Below are positions 42,248-53,807 of a stretch of 64,000 nucleotides of DNA, in pieces; the first letter of the stretch is position 1; the number at the start of each line of letters is the position of its first letter. The notes below the pieces were generated by a model. It did no database searches. It saw nothing but the letters and a program-made list of their open reading frames with translations, and was not told where the DNA came from. Source of the stretch: Eledone cirrhosa (taxonomy: Eukaryota); NCBI GenBank assembly GCA_964016885.1, contig OZ024742.1:237522001-237586000 (forward strand). Direction: 5' to 3'. The translations under genes and the position numbers were made by a program.

Positions 42248-42926
42248 TCGCATGAATACTTAATTCTACCAACGCCAGCAAGTTTAAGGCAAAGGAAGGT
42301 AGATTATGTTGACCCTAGTACTTAACTGGTACTCTATTCTATCGACTAAGTGATGAAAGGCAAAATTGACCTCGGTGCGATTTAAATTCAGAATGTAAAG
42401 AATCTTAACTAAATACCGCAAATCATTTTATCCGCTTCTCTAACATTTCTGCCAACATACACACACCAACACACACATATACCAACATACCCACACACAC
42501 ACATACACATACACACCAACACACACACACACATACACCAACATACCCCCCCCCCCCCCACACCAACACAGAAACACACTACCACACACACCCACACATA
42601 TCCACCCCACACCCACACAGGAATACAGCAAATAAAAAAATATACATTTTTATTTCAATCATTAGGGGCAATAATTCTTTCAAACATAAGTGAAATTAGG
42701 AACTTTTTAAAACTTAAGTAAACATCAATACAGTTATTACTTGGAGTAAAGGTTATTTTGGATGTAAAGAAAATTGATATTCACAAAGAGATGCAACGTT
42801 TTGAATTCATAATTTATGATTAGTGAAGTTCAACAGGGAAGGGATAGAATCATGAACAATTTACAACAAAATTTAAAGTAACCAACAAGATGGGAGAGGG
42901 CTGATGCAACGATGGATCCTCTATGC

Positions 42927-43135
42927 CAGGCATGTCAAACATGTAGCCCGCGGACTGCATGCGGCTCTTTACCAGCACACATGCGGCCCGCACAAAGGTC
43001 TTTACAGCGCGAGCATGTTTTATCTTCGTAATATAAAAGAATTAGTTGTAATGTGCGCAATAGTTGTCGTGTTTGGTCCTCAGACAACACATGTGACCCA
43101 TGTGACCCTCGGGGACCCTCAATTTGACATGCCTG
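42927..43135. mobile_element. hAT-type MITE
   Basis: TIRs caggcatgtcaaa / tttgacatgcctg; degenerate 8-bp flanks ctctatgc / atctacgt. Confidence 0.8.
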
Positions 43136-43354
43136 ATCTACGTCGTTGCATGATTCACCAACAATAGCATATACATCTCTATCAATGTATTAACATCATT
43201 AAAACAAGGAAGTAAGCATTAAATAGATGTAGGCATGGGTGTATGGTTATGGAATTCGCTTTGCAGCCACGTGGTTTCGGGTTCAGTTCCGCCGCATAAC
43301 ACCTTGTGCAGGTGTCGTCTATGGCTTCAAGTTGATATATGGCTCTTTCTCTCT

Positions 43355-43404
<50 letters not shown>

Positions 43405-43483
43405 AGTGCTTGTCTGTACAATATGGAAGTTGCGTTTCGCTAATTTCTACCCGCCGAAATGCGATTCTCGCTAAATTTATATT

Positions 43484-43538
<55 letters not shown>

Positions 43539-43751
43539 ATATTTGGGGAGGGTCATATTTGCGTAATATTGCCAGAATTAATAACAGAACACACTCACTG
43601 TTTGGTTGGTTTTCGCTTCTCGCTGTCTTTTATATATATATATCTGCGATCTAACTTACTCGGTCCTCAATGTTGCCATTGACTGACCGGCGGTCAAAAA
43701 TAATACAGATACAATATAGACACAAACACATATATATAGTTTACATAATTT

Positions 43752-43792
43752 ACATAAATCTTTCGTTGCACATCTGCAACATCGTCAGTGGT
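43752..43792 (-). ncRNA. Hammerhead-like motif in PLE pLTR (weak stem I)
   Basis: CA-CTGACGA-T-GTTGCA(gatg)TGCAAC-GAAA-G(at)T-TA-TG; same architecture and position as 784-828. Confidence 0.5.
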
Positions 43793-44057
43793 GTTATATT
43801 CATTGTTCCGCCTGTTGTGTTGTATGTCTACGCCATTTTTTTTTGTTCAGTCTGTCTATATATTTATTTATTTATTTGCTTGTTTGTTTATCTTATTTTA
43901 TTTTGTCTTCTTTGCGCATGCGTTTGCGTGTATGTATAGTGTTATGTGTGATGTGTGACTAGTATGTATAGTGTTGTGTCTGCTGGGTGACTAGTGTGTG
44001 TTTATGTGCTTGTGTATGTATTTATTTATCTTATTTTATTTAATTTTATTTACTTAT

Positions 44058-47000
44058 TTATACTTCTCTTAGGTCAGTGTTGTTTGTTTGGGTGTTGTTG
44101 TTGTTCCACTCATTCTTTCTGTTTAGCTTTGGTCTTCTAATTTCTATTTCACTGGCCTCTCTGATTTGCCTATCTGCTGGGTCATTCCTATGTTTAGATA
44201 TTATTCTAATTTCTATGTTGTCTATGTTACCGTCATGTTGTTGTCTAGCATGTTCGTATAGTACTGACCCGTTTTTTCGTCCTTTTAGTTCCCCCCAGTG
44301 TTGGTCTATCCTTTCACCTATGCTACGAGCTGTCTCACCTATGTATGTTGTTGTCATGTTTCTGCAAGTACCCTCTGTACATCTTATGCTATAGACTACG
44401 TTTCTAGTTTTACAGTTTATCCGGGGGTTCACCTTACAAATGATACATTTCCTATTGGTACAGTGGGTTTTCTTAAAAGGGTAGGTTTTGCTGATCAGGG
44501 ATTTTATGGTGGTTCCTGGCTTTTCTACCACCTTTATTTTTAAGTGGGTCTTTCTCAGGGCCTTTCTACACTGGTTAGCTAATTTCCCTCCAGGGGTGGC
44601 GTCCACAAACATGACACTCTGATATCTCTGGTTGTCGTACCATGATGTGGCCTTCCCTATCTTATGTCTAGCCCTATCTAAGCTATTCCATGATTTGCTC
44701 CTGTATAGTGGGCAAATTCCTTTCATGTCCAGTTCTATGAGGGTCTTATACTTTTCCATGGCTCCTTCGTATACTCTGACTCTGTCTCTTTGGTTGTAGC
44801 CAGAGAACTGCATGCGGTTGATGAAGTGTTGGATGTGTCCTTCCATTTCTGTTGGGTCGCACATGCTGGACACATTCTTCATCACTCGTACCAAATCTGC
44901 GATCAGAATATTAAACTTAGCACTACTGGACATTGCTGAGTTTTTGAGTATCAGGTATTTGGAGGCCATGGGTTTAGCATAGTGTGAGTGGAGTATTTGG
45001 GCTCTCTCGTCTATAGTGTTAATCCAGAGTTCTGTGTCTAATACAGGTAGTCTATTGTTAGGGTGTTTGGAAGGGAAGTCTATAGTTACAGTTATACTCT
45101 GGTGTATGGAATTAGCTATCTGCTGGATGCTTTCCATCGTGCTACGTTCTAAATCAAACTTGTTAGTGCTCTCTAGTGGGGGTGTTCTTATAACTATATT
45201 GATATCGTCTACATAACGAGAGTACATGATGAGGTCTATGGAGCTTTCATTAAGGAGATCTTTAAGTCTCCTTTCCCACCATACCATGAAAAGGTTGGCA
45301 ACATCACCAGCTATGCTGACGCCGATGGCTGCTCCCTCATTTTGGGTGTAGATTTTCTCATTGAACTTAAATATGTGGCCCTTTAGGGTAGTTTTGATAC
45401 TAGCCCCTATTGCATGTGCGACCATTTTTCTTACCTGATCAGTGTTTTGGGGGGTCCGTATAGCTTTGGTCCACCCAATCCACCTTCCTATGGGAGTCTT
45501 TTTAGCCATTGAGGTTATGGTGGGGGGTCTACCTCTTATAGGTCTACTAGGGCAGAAACATCTAAGGTCATGGCTGTCTAGGTAGTCAGTGTCGTAGGTA
45601 AGTCTAAGTAGGAGGCCCAGTTCGTCTGTGTCGACGTCGCAGAACTCCACCTCACTCTCAATGATCATCTCCACACATCTTTTCACAGCAAAATCAATGT
45701 TAATGGATGGGTACAGTGACACCACATCCATGCTGCCTATTATGCAGTTGGATAGGCTCCTGTTTTTGTTGCCATCACTGATTCTGCTGAGGAGGTCCTC
45801 TGTACTTTCACATACATCTGGGGACATCTTGATTATGGGGCGTATAACCATTGAGAGGAAGTAGGAGATCCTGTAGTTGCTAGCTATATTAGCTCCGCAT
45901 ACGGGTCTTGTTGGTGGTCCTGTTGTCGGGTCGTCGACTGTCTTGTGGTCTTTGCGGAGCCCATACAAGGGTGGTATGCCATTGTTAGACGCCTGGAAGT
46001 TGTTGGCAGTGCGTCTGCTTGGCTTTAGGATGTCAGTCCACATCATCATGTGAGCGTTGAGGATTTTTTCTTTCCCATCGTGTGTTAGTTGTGCAACTTC
46101 GCTCGTGTTGGTGATGTGGGGTTGCATTGCCTCGATGTAGTTCGGCATGCTATCTATTGACATCCTACCAGACTTATCTGTGGGTAGACACACTACCTCA
46201 CCATCCCTTGTGCGCTGCTTGAGGCTAACCAAGCCTTCTACAGGTTTTATCCCAAGTTGTTGGGCCTCTGGTCTGCTCTGTCTCATAGTGTACCTGTCTA
46301 CTACTTGTCTAATCTTATTTCTAGCTATGGTGAACTGTGCCTCCGTCTCGTCATCTATTTGCTGTGGTATGCAAACTCTTTTATTAAAGGGTAACCTCGT
46401 AGGATAGATATTACCCATCTTATATGTTTTGTCAGCTGGGTTGAAAAATAGTTTCTCTAAGGGGTTGTCGTTATTTCTATCGTCATAGTTGTGTGTGTTG
46501 CTATTATTGTTATCATGGTGGTTGTTGTTGTTTCTATCATTAGCATTAATATTATTATTGTTATGATTGCTAGATGTATTGTTGTTTACTTCACCGTTAT
46601 TGTTGTTGTTGTTACTGCTATTTCTACCATTGTGGTTGTTACTATTATTATGTTTCTTGTTTTTGTTGATGTTGCTACATGTACTATTTCCATTATTACC
46701 ACTGTGGTTATTGTTGTTGTTGTTGTTCGTATTGTTACCGTTATTACTACTGTGGTCACTGTTGCTGTGTCTGTGGTTAACGTTTCTATTATTATTATTA
46801 TTGTGGTTGTTGTTGTTCTGTCTATCGCTAGTATTATTGCCATTATCACTATTTCTCACTTTCCTGCCGTTGTTAAGGTTATGGCTGTTATTTCTATACC
46901 CAGAGTTATTGTTTATATTACTACTACCGTTATTATTGTTGTTGTTGTTTACCTTTGCATTCCAACGTATTTTTGTGAAACACTTTTCCAGCTCCGTTTT

Positions 47001-47691
47001 GCATTCCATAGGGTTAATCTTTTTGTAGATGGCAAATTTTGGTGGTAACTTTAGGATTTGTTGTTCTTGTTCACTGATTAAAGTGTTCCCATAGATATTT
47101 ACTGTGTGGTCATTGGTAAATTCTTCCGGTAGTTTTACATCACTCATACGGATGTTGTCGATGTTATCTGGGTATTTTTGAGAATATTCGATTTTCCTTT
47201 CTTGTAGTTTTTTCTTATTCACCCATTCTAATTTCTTCTTGAAATGCCTACAGCATTCGTTTTGAGCATATTTCGTTTCGCGTCGGATGACGCTCATGAA
47301 GTCATCTCTCTCGTTTGCTGTGATGAGATTTCGGATTTCCTTACCGTTGATGCGCTTTTGTCTGTAGAGTGCGTTGACTTTTGTGTATGTTGTTCTTTTC
47401 ATATTAACTGTTATTGTGTGTTTTAGCCGTTCAGCTTGTGTTTTGTTCAATAATAAATTATTTACTTGTTTTGATATGTTTGTTGTGTATGTTTTGGAGG
47501 AAACACAGTGTTTTAAGAAGCGGATTTGTTCTGTTGTTATTGTAGTTTTTATATAACAGAAAAACAGTGTCTTTCAATAACCTTTCAGCTTGGCACAAGC
47601 TAATGCCATAGCGGCGATGAATTAGTTTTGCGAGGTTTTTTATATGAAATCGTGTGTCGAAACAGATATTGTTATATTTGGGGAGGGTCAT
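44058..47691 (-). CDS. PLE polyprotein: RT + C-terminal GIY-YIG endonuclease (one frameshift near 47548; 1130-aa open frame 44058-47450)
   Basis: PTDKSG, LYGLRKDHK, RPVCG, SMDVVSLYPSI, Q.EGAAIG, YSRYVDDI, LPVLD; Cys-rich linker CTNRKCIIC; VVYSIRC..C...YIGETARSIGERIDQH, LYEH, RQIREA, LN. Confidence 0.93.
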
Positions 47692-47832
47692 ATTTGCGTA
47701 ATATTGCCAGAATTAATAACAGAACACACTCACTGTTTGGTTGGTTTTCGCTTCTCGCTGTCTTTTATATAACAATATCTGTTTCGACACACGATTTCAT
47801 ATAAAAAACCTCGCAAAACTAATTCATCGCCG

Positions 47833-47866
<34 letters not shown>

Positions 47867-47958
47867 GAATTATTGATGCTCTGAACAAACGTCCATTGGG
47901 TTTTCTATTGAGAAACATAAACATGATGCATATTATATATGTTATGATACTTTATATA

Positions 47959-47997
<39 letters not shown>

Positions 47998-48276
47998 TTA
48001 GAAACACACAGATACATGCGGACACACACATATACATGAATGCATCCACACCCAACCGTGAGTTAATGGTGCCAACCTTACCGATGTTGCTCAATGAATG
48101 ACTGGGACAGACCAATCCGGTTGAATTAGACTGAACCAGTATCAGAGTTAAAAATACATTATGAAGAGAGAAGAAACATTTAGATATAATTAGTAATAAA
48201 ATGTATCATACCTAAACTGCTCCTAGATTCCTCGACTACGTAGTTTCGTGGCATAAACAAAAACAATACATCATAA

Positions 48277-48327
<51 letters not shown>

Positions 48328-48894
48328 AATAAAGTTAGTCCTTCATCAATGATCTTCCAACCATCATTGGTATTTCATCGCTTTAAAGACCATATACCTC
48401 CGGTTGGTGCGAGCAACGGCTAAAAAAAGTCGTTGGGACACGTAAATAAAGGGGACACGAGAGTGTAAACAAACAAAGATGGTGAAGCAACGAAAAGTGA
48501 GGAAGAAGGAGTCAAGTCCCAAATTTCCATGAATATAAGTTCGGTAAAATCGTGAACGAGAGAGAATAAAGACCATCAAACCTGGTTGGAATGTGAGCAA
48601 GGAAGGAATTCCGTACAGGTCTAGCGGGAGGAAGAAGGGATCTAGTCTGTGAATTCGGTGAACGTAAGTTCTGTGAAATCGTAGACGAGAGAGAGAAAAA
48701 AAGCGACCTGCCTGACCAAGGGTGCGAAAGAAAAGAATTACGCACAGGTCAAACGTGAAGAAGGAGGAGGAGGAGAGGTAGTAACAGAGAGTGAGTGAGT
48801 GAAGGGTGAGGAAGAGGCTAACAGAGAGAGTGACTGTTAGAGAGGGTAAAGATACAGAGAAAGAGGAAGCAGTAAGAACAAAATAGACGGGTCA

Positions 48895-49616
48895 TTTTTA
48901 TAGTGCTAATAACGTTACACAAGGATCGACGAAACTGCAGTCGGGACTTTGAAGAAAAAATAGGTATATTTATGTCTATTATTTCCTCATATTTTGTAAT
49001 TTGATAAATATATATATATATAATATGTATATAACGTATCATATATGTTGGCAGAATTGTCCACCTTTCTACCCTTCTGTGATCACTGTATCATGTGTTA
49101 ATTTTTCCCTTCGCCTCTCGAAATATTCTCACTTGCTACGAAAGAAACAGTACTTTTTAACCACTATATTACGTGTTAATTCCTCCCTCCCACTCTAGAG
49201 GTTTTCTCACTTGCTACGAACGCGTCAAGAAACAGTCCTTTTTCTGATAAGCCGATGATACATTCTTATAGTGCTGAAAACGTATCACAAGGATCGGCGA
49301 AACTGCAGCCGGGACTTTGAAGAAAAAATAGATATATTTTTGTCTATTATTTCCTCATATTTTGTAATTTGATAAATATTTATTATATATATTATTTTGA
49401 TTATTTTAGCTCTTTCGGTCATCGAACAAAACTTGTTAAGGCGGACACCACACACACACATATACATATGAATATGTTTGTGATTTTCATTATTATATTG
49501 TCCCAAACTTCCCTATGGTCGAGTCAATCCAGGAGTGTACTAATTGCTTTTTTTAGCAAATACGTTATTCGCTCACTGTCCACCTTACTACCCTTCTGTG
49601 ACGACTGTATCATGTG

Positions 49617-49620
<4 letters not shown>
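48895..49620 (+). repeat. ~370-bp-spaced direct duplication carrying decayed hammerheads
   Basis: 48897-49010 is similar to 49265-49380, and 49058-49100 to 49577-49620. Both copies contain GAAACTGCAG(T/C)CGGGACT. Confidence 0.7.
49234..49316 (+). ncRNA. Decayed hammerhead
   Basis: AGTCC..CTGATAA-GCCGAT...ATCGGC-GAAA-C(tgca)G-CC-GGGACT; core and cleavage triplet are mutated. Confidence 0.5.
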
Positions 49621-49700
<80 letters not shown>

Positions 49701-49712
49701 TTAATATAGATG

Positions 49713-49763
49713 AGATTCTACAGGACTAGAACTGTTTCATTCATTTGAAATCATCAGGAATCT
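49713..49763 (-). ncRNA. Hammerhead ribozyme, mirror copy of 49992-50042
   Basis: Exact reverse complement. Confidence 0.8.
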
Positions 49764-49991
49764 GGGTATCAAAAAATAAATATGGTATTTATACAAGTGG
49801 TAGGAGAGGGTGGGGAGTGGGATGGGTGCAGGTCATTGGTTGATAGAAAAGGGAAATAAACTATAGCTTTGTAGAATTAGCTTTTAATGAATTCCCTTTT
49901 CTATCAACCAATGACCTGCACCCATCCCACTCCCCACCCTCTCCTACCACTTGTAGAGACCTATAAATACCATATTTATTTTTTGATACCC

Positions 49992-50042
49992 AGATTCCTG
50001 ATGATTTCAAATGAATGAAACAGTTCTAGTCCTGTAGAATCT
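49992..50042 (+). ncRNA. Type I hammerhead ribozyme
   Basis: AGATTC-CTGATGA-tTTC(aaat)GAAt-GAAA-CAG(ttctagtc)CTG-TA-GAATCT; GUA triplet. Confidence 0.8.
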
Positions 50043-50124
50043 CATCTATATTAAAACTGTTATACTCTGCTATGTATTGAGTACCTTACTTACTGTGGTT
50101 ACCTCCGATTCAACCCGGAATAAC

Positions 50125-50880
<756 letters not shown>

Positions 50881-51474
50881 TTGTATGTATACGTGTGTCT
50901 ATGGTTACGCCACTAGCGATTCGACAAAAAGAGATCGATAAAATAACTACCAGATTAGAAAAAGTAAGTCGTATAGTCGATTATCAACTCCCCTTGAAGG
51001 TAGTATCCTAGCATGATGATCGGAATCTATTGACTGGAACTTGTAGAAGAATAAAAGAATACTATTTCTGAAACATAAATATGCTGTGATGTTAATGGAT
51101 AGAGCGTCTTTCAACGAAGCTCTTCCCATCAATTCTTCTCTGAGGCAAAAATTACCAGCAACAACTGCAATAACTGCAATGTCCACGACGACGATAGCCC
51201 AAACAGCACGCTAAGAATTCGATAATATGAATGTGATTCGCTTTATGTGTCCAGCTAAAACCTCATCCATACATGTGTCCTGAACTTTTGATGGTGTTGT
51301 AGGGACGTTGTCGTGACATATGGCGTGTCTCAACCATTTAAACCTAGTAGAATTAATTCATCCTTCTCCAGATGTGAACACAACCGATTTATTACTCCTC
51401 CTCTCCTTCGTCTTGCTTTTCTTGTTGTTATTGGTCTTCTTCTTCTTCTTCTTCTTCTTCGAGAAAGAGAGAGA

Positions 51475-51520
<46 letters not shown>

Positions 51521-52397
51521 AAGAAAGAGATAGAGACAGAGAGAGAGAGAGAGAGACAAAGAGAAACAGACAGAGATATATAGAGAGAGTGAGAAAGAGA
51601 GAGGAGGAAAGTGAGAAGGAGAGATAAGAACTGAGAGGGAGGGAGGGAGAGTAAGTGTGAGGGAGGGAGGTGGCTAAATTTCGACACAGTGCTGGACATG
51701 TACTTTACTAATGGAAGGCAAACTTGTACTTTATTGATGCGAGGCCATGCATCCTATTTAATGCATGCCATGCATTCTATTTGACCTTCTAATCACTACT
51801 AATTTACAAGGAACACTTGACCTCAGTACTCAACGGATACTTCATTTATCGATCACGAAAGGATAATAGACAAAGTTCACATCGTAGGGGTTTGAATTCG
51901 ACCTTAGAGTGCAGAGGGCCGGAGCGAATACCGCCAGAGAATTTTATTCGACATTTCTAACGACTTTGCCCATTCGCCGCCCTAATTTAGAACATTACAC
52001 TACACTGAATCGTGGCGTCAGCAGATTGAAAAATAGAATTTCAATTACGACTTCTGTGCTGTCTTTTGAAAAAAACAATAACATTATTTAAAGAATAAAA
52101 ACTACAACAAAAGCAATAAAACACCTCACAATAGCGGTTTTAAGCCACAAAAGGTTGTTTTCCACATCATCAAAGTATCAAAGAAACAAATCGTTAAAAC
52201 TACTACATTATGATTATTTCTCAAAATCTATATATTATAATAATTGTACTGGAATTCTATGTCCATCTGTCGCATACGATCTCATAAAATTGTTATAAAG
52301 TGTTTATGTAGAATTCACGAAATTCAATTAAAAAACAGGTAAGACAGTAAAAAAGAAGGGGTAGGAGCAAATGATATCAGATGCTTTCGTTCAGGCC

Positions 52398-52459
52398 AGA
52401 AGTGTTATTATCTGTCTATCTTGCTCTTTTCTCTCTTTGTATCTGAATATATATGTACT

Positions 52460-52517
<58 letters not shown>

Positions 52518-52637
52518 CAATGTAAATAATAACTAAAGAGTGTTTAATCTTTCAAACATTTAACATCTGACGATCGTTTCATCCTAGTACAAGAAGTGTT
52601 ATTATCTGTCTGTCTTGCTCTTTTCTCTCTTTGTATC

Positions 52638-52695
<58 letters not shown>

Positions 52696-52940
52696 TACAA
52701 TATAAATAATAACCAAAGAGTGGGTTCGACTCCCATGTACGTCAATACTCATCTTTTTCCATTTATCTGAGGGTTCTAAACCCCGTTATCAAGCTAAAAT
52801 TCCTTTAGTAAAAAATACGGTGAAAGCTATATATTTTCTAATTTCAAACTCGCTCACTGTTTCAAAACATACTTACTAACCAAAGAGTGTTTAATCTTTC
52901 AAACATTTAACATCTGACGATCGTTTCATCCTAGTACAAG
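52398..52940. repeat. Local tandem partial duplications
   Basis: agaagtgttattatctgtc... at 52399 and 52592; aaagagtgtttaatctttcaaac...ctagtacaag at 52535 and 52883. Confidence 0.75.
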
Positions 52941-52959
52941 GCCGGATTAATCGGAGTTA

Positions 52960-53650
52960 ATAACAAAAGTTAAACAAAACTTTGTCACAAGAACATTTGG
53001 AGGATACATAATATGGGAGATTAGAGGCGGAAAACATAAAAAATAGGAATAGATAAAATGCAATGAAATAAAGTAAAATAAAGTAAAATAAAAAAGTAAA
53101 ATAAATAAAAAAAACATGTGGTACCTCCGCTGCTGCTGACAGAGAAGGACTTACTGGCAGACATATTGCCTGCGTCTGATGCAACAAAGAGCAGGTGAGG
53201 ATGAGGTGGGGTATAGCCCTGAGGTCTGCGGGTGGCTCAGGATGCTTGAGCCGAAGAGCAGTTAGGACCTCCTCGGTGGGGTGGCGAACGGTGCCCTCCA
53301 AGGCAACCACTCTGACCACGGCACAGATATCACCCTCGATGAGTTTGGCGTTTACACAGTCGCATAAATGCTTTGTGCTGGCCTCAGGAGTGGAGGATTG
53401 AGGGCACTTGAGAGCACAGGGTATGGCGTCGTTGGGCACGCTTCGGATGGGTACTTTCCCAAATGACGAAACGTTGGCCTTGATCAAAGCCACTGTCGAC
53501 AGGCTTCCTCAGTCAGCGCTAGAGTTAGGGAGGCCGAGGGTGATTGGGGCAAAATAGAAGAGGCGCTTCCAGTCGCTGACTCGTTTAGAATCCAGGACTC
53601 TCTAGATTGAGGATGCGAGGGTGTCGGTCACCGGCACCCGGGCTGATTTA
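52960..53650 (-). mobile_element. CRE-clade-like non-LTR fragment
   Basis: WKRLFYFAP, AKLIEGDICAVVRVV...EEVLTALRLKHP resemble the region upstream of RT in CRE/R2-group elements. Confidence 0.6.
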
Positions 53651-53727
53651 CCTCCCTGCTCACCATCACAGGCCGATCAGTCACTGTATATTTTTGAAAA
53701 TAGCATTATTTTCACTAGCTCTGACAA

Positions 53728-53807
53728 TTGGCAGGTGAACAGCGAGCTGTACTGATGAAGGGTGATACCCAGAAACATTAGTGTCTGCAGTTCTGTTTAC
53801 ATGCCAA
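53728..53807 (+). ncRNA. Solitary extended type I hammerhead
   Basis: GAGCTGTA-CTGATGA-aGGGT(gat)ACCCa-GAAA-CA(ttag)TG-TC-TGCAGTTC; stem I extended by GTGAACA/TGTTTAC and TTGGCA/TGCCAA; GUC triplet. Confidence 0.78.

Larger units (their letters stand above)
43533..47833 (-). mobile_element. Near-intact Penelope-like element with pLTR and 5' inversion in (TA)n
   Basis: Direct repeat 43533-43631 = 47668-47766; 5' inverted segment 47767-47833 mirrors 47611-47677; (TA)n at both ends. Confidence 0.93.

Noticed and set aside
46491-47048. Hydrophobic plus-strand ORFs
   Set aside because: Antisense of the Asn-rich PLE tract.
44058-47450. Assignment to Naiad/selenoprotein PLEs
   Set aside because: The endonuclease is C-terminal and there are no in-frame TGA codons in the ORF.
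52555-52940. Minus-strand GAAACGATCGTC (HHR-like 3' half), two copies
   Set aside because: No upstream CTGANGA or stem I partner found.
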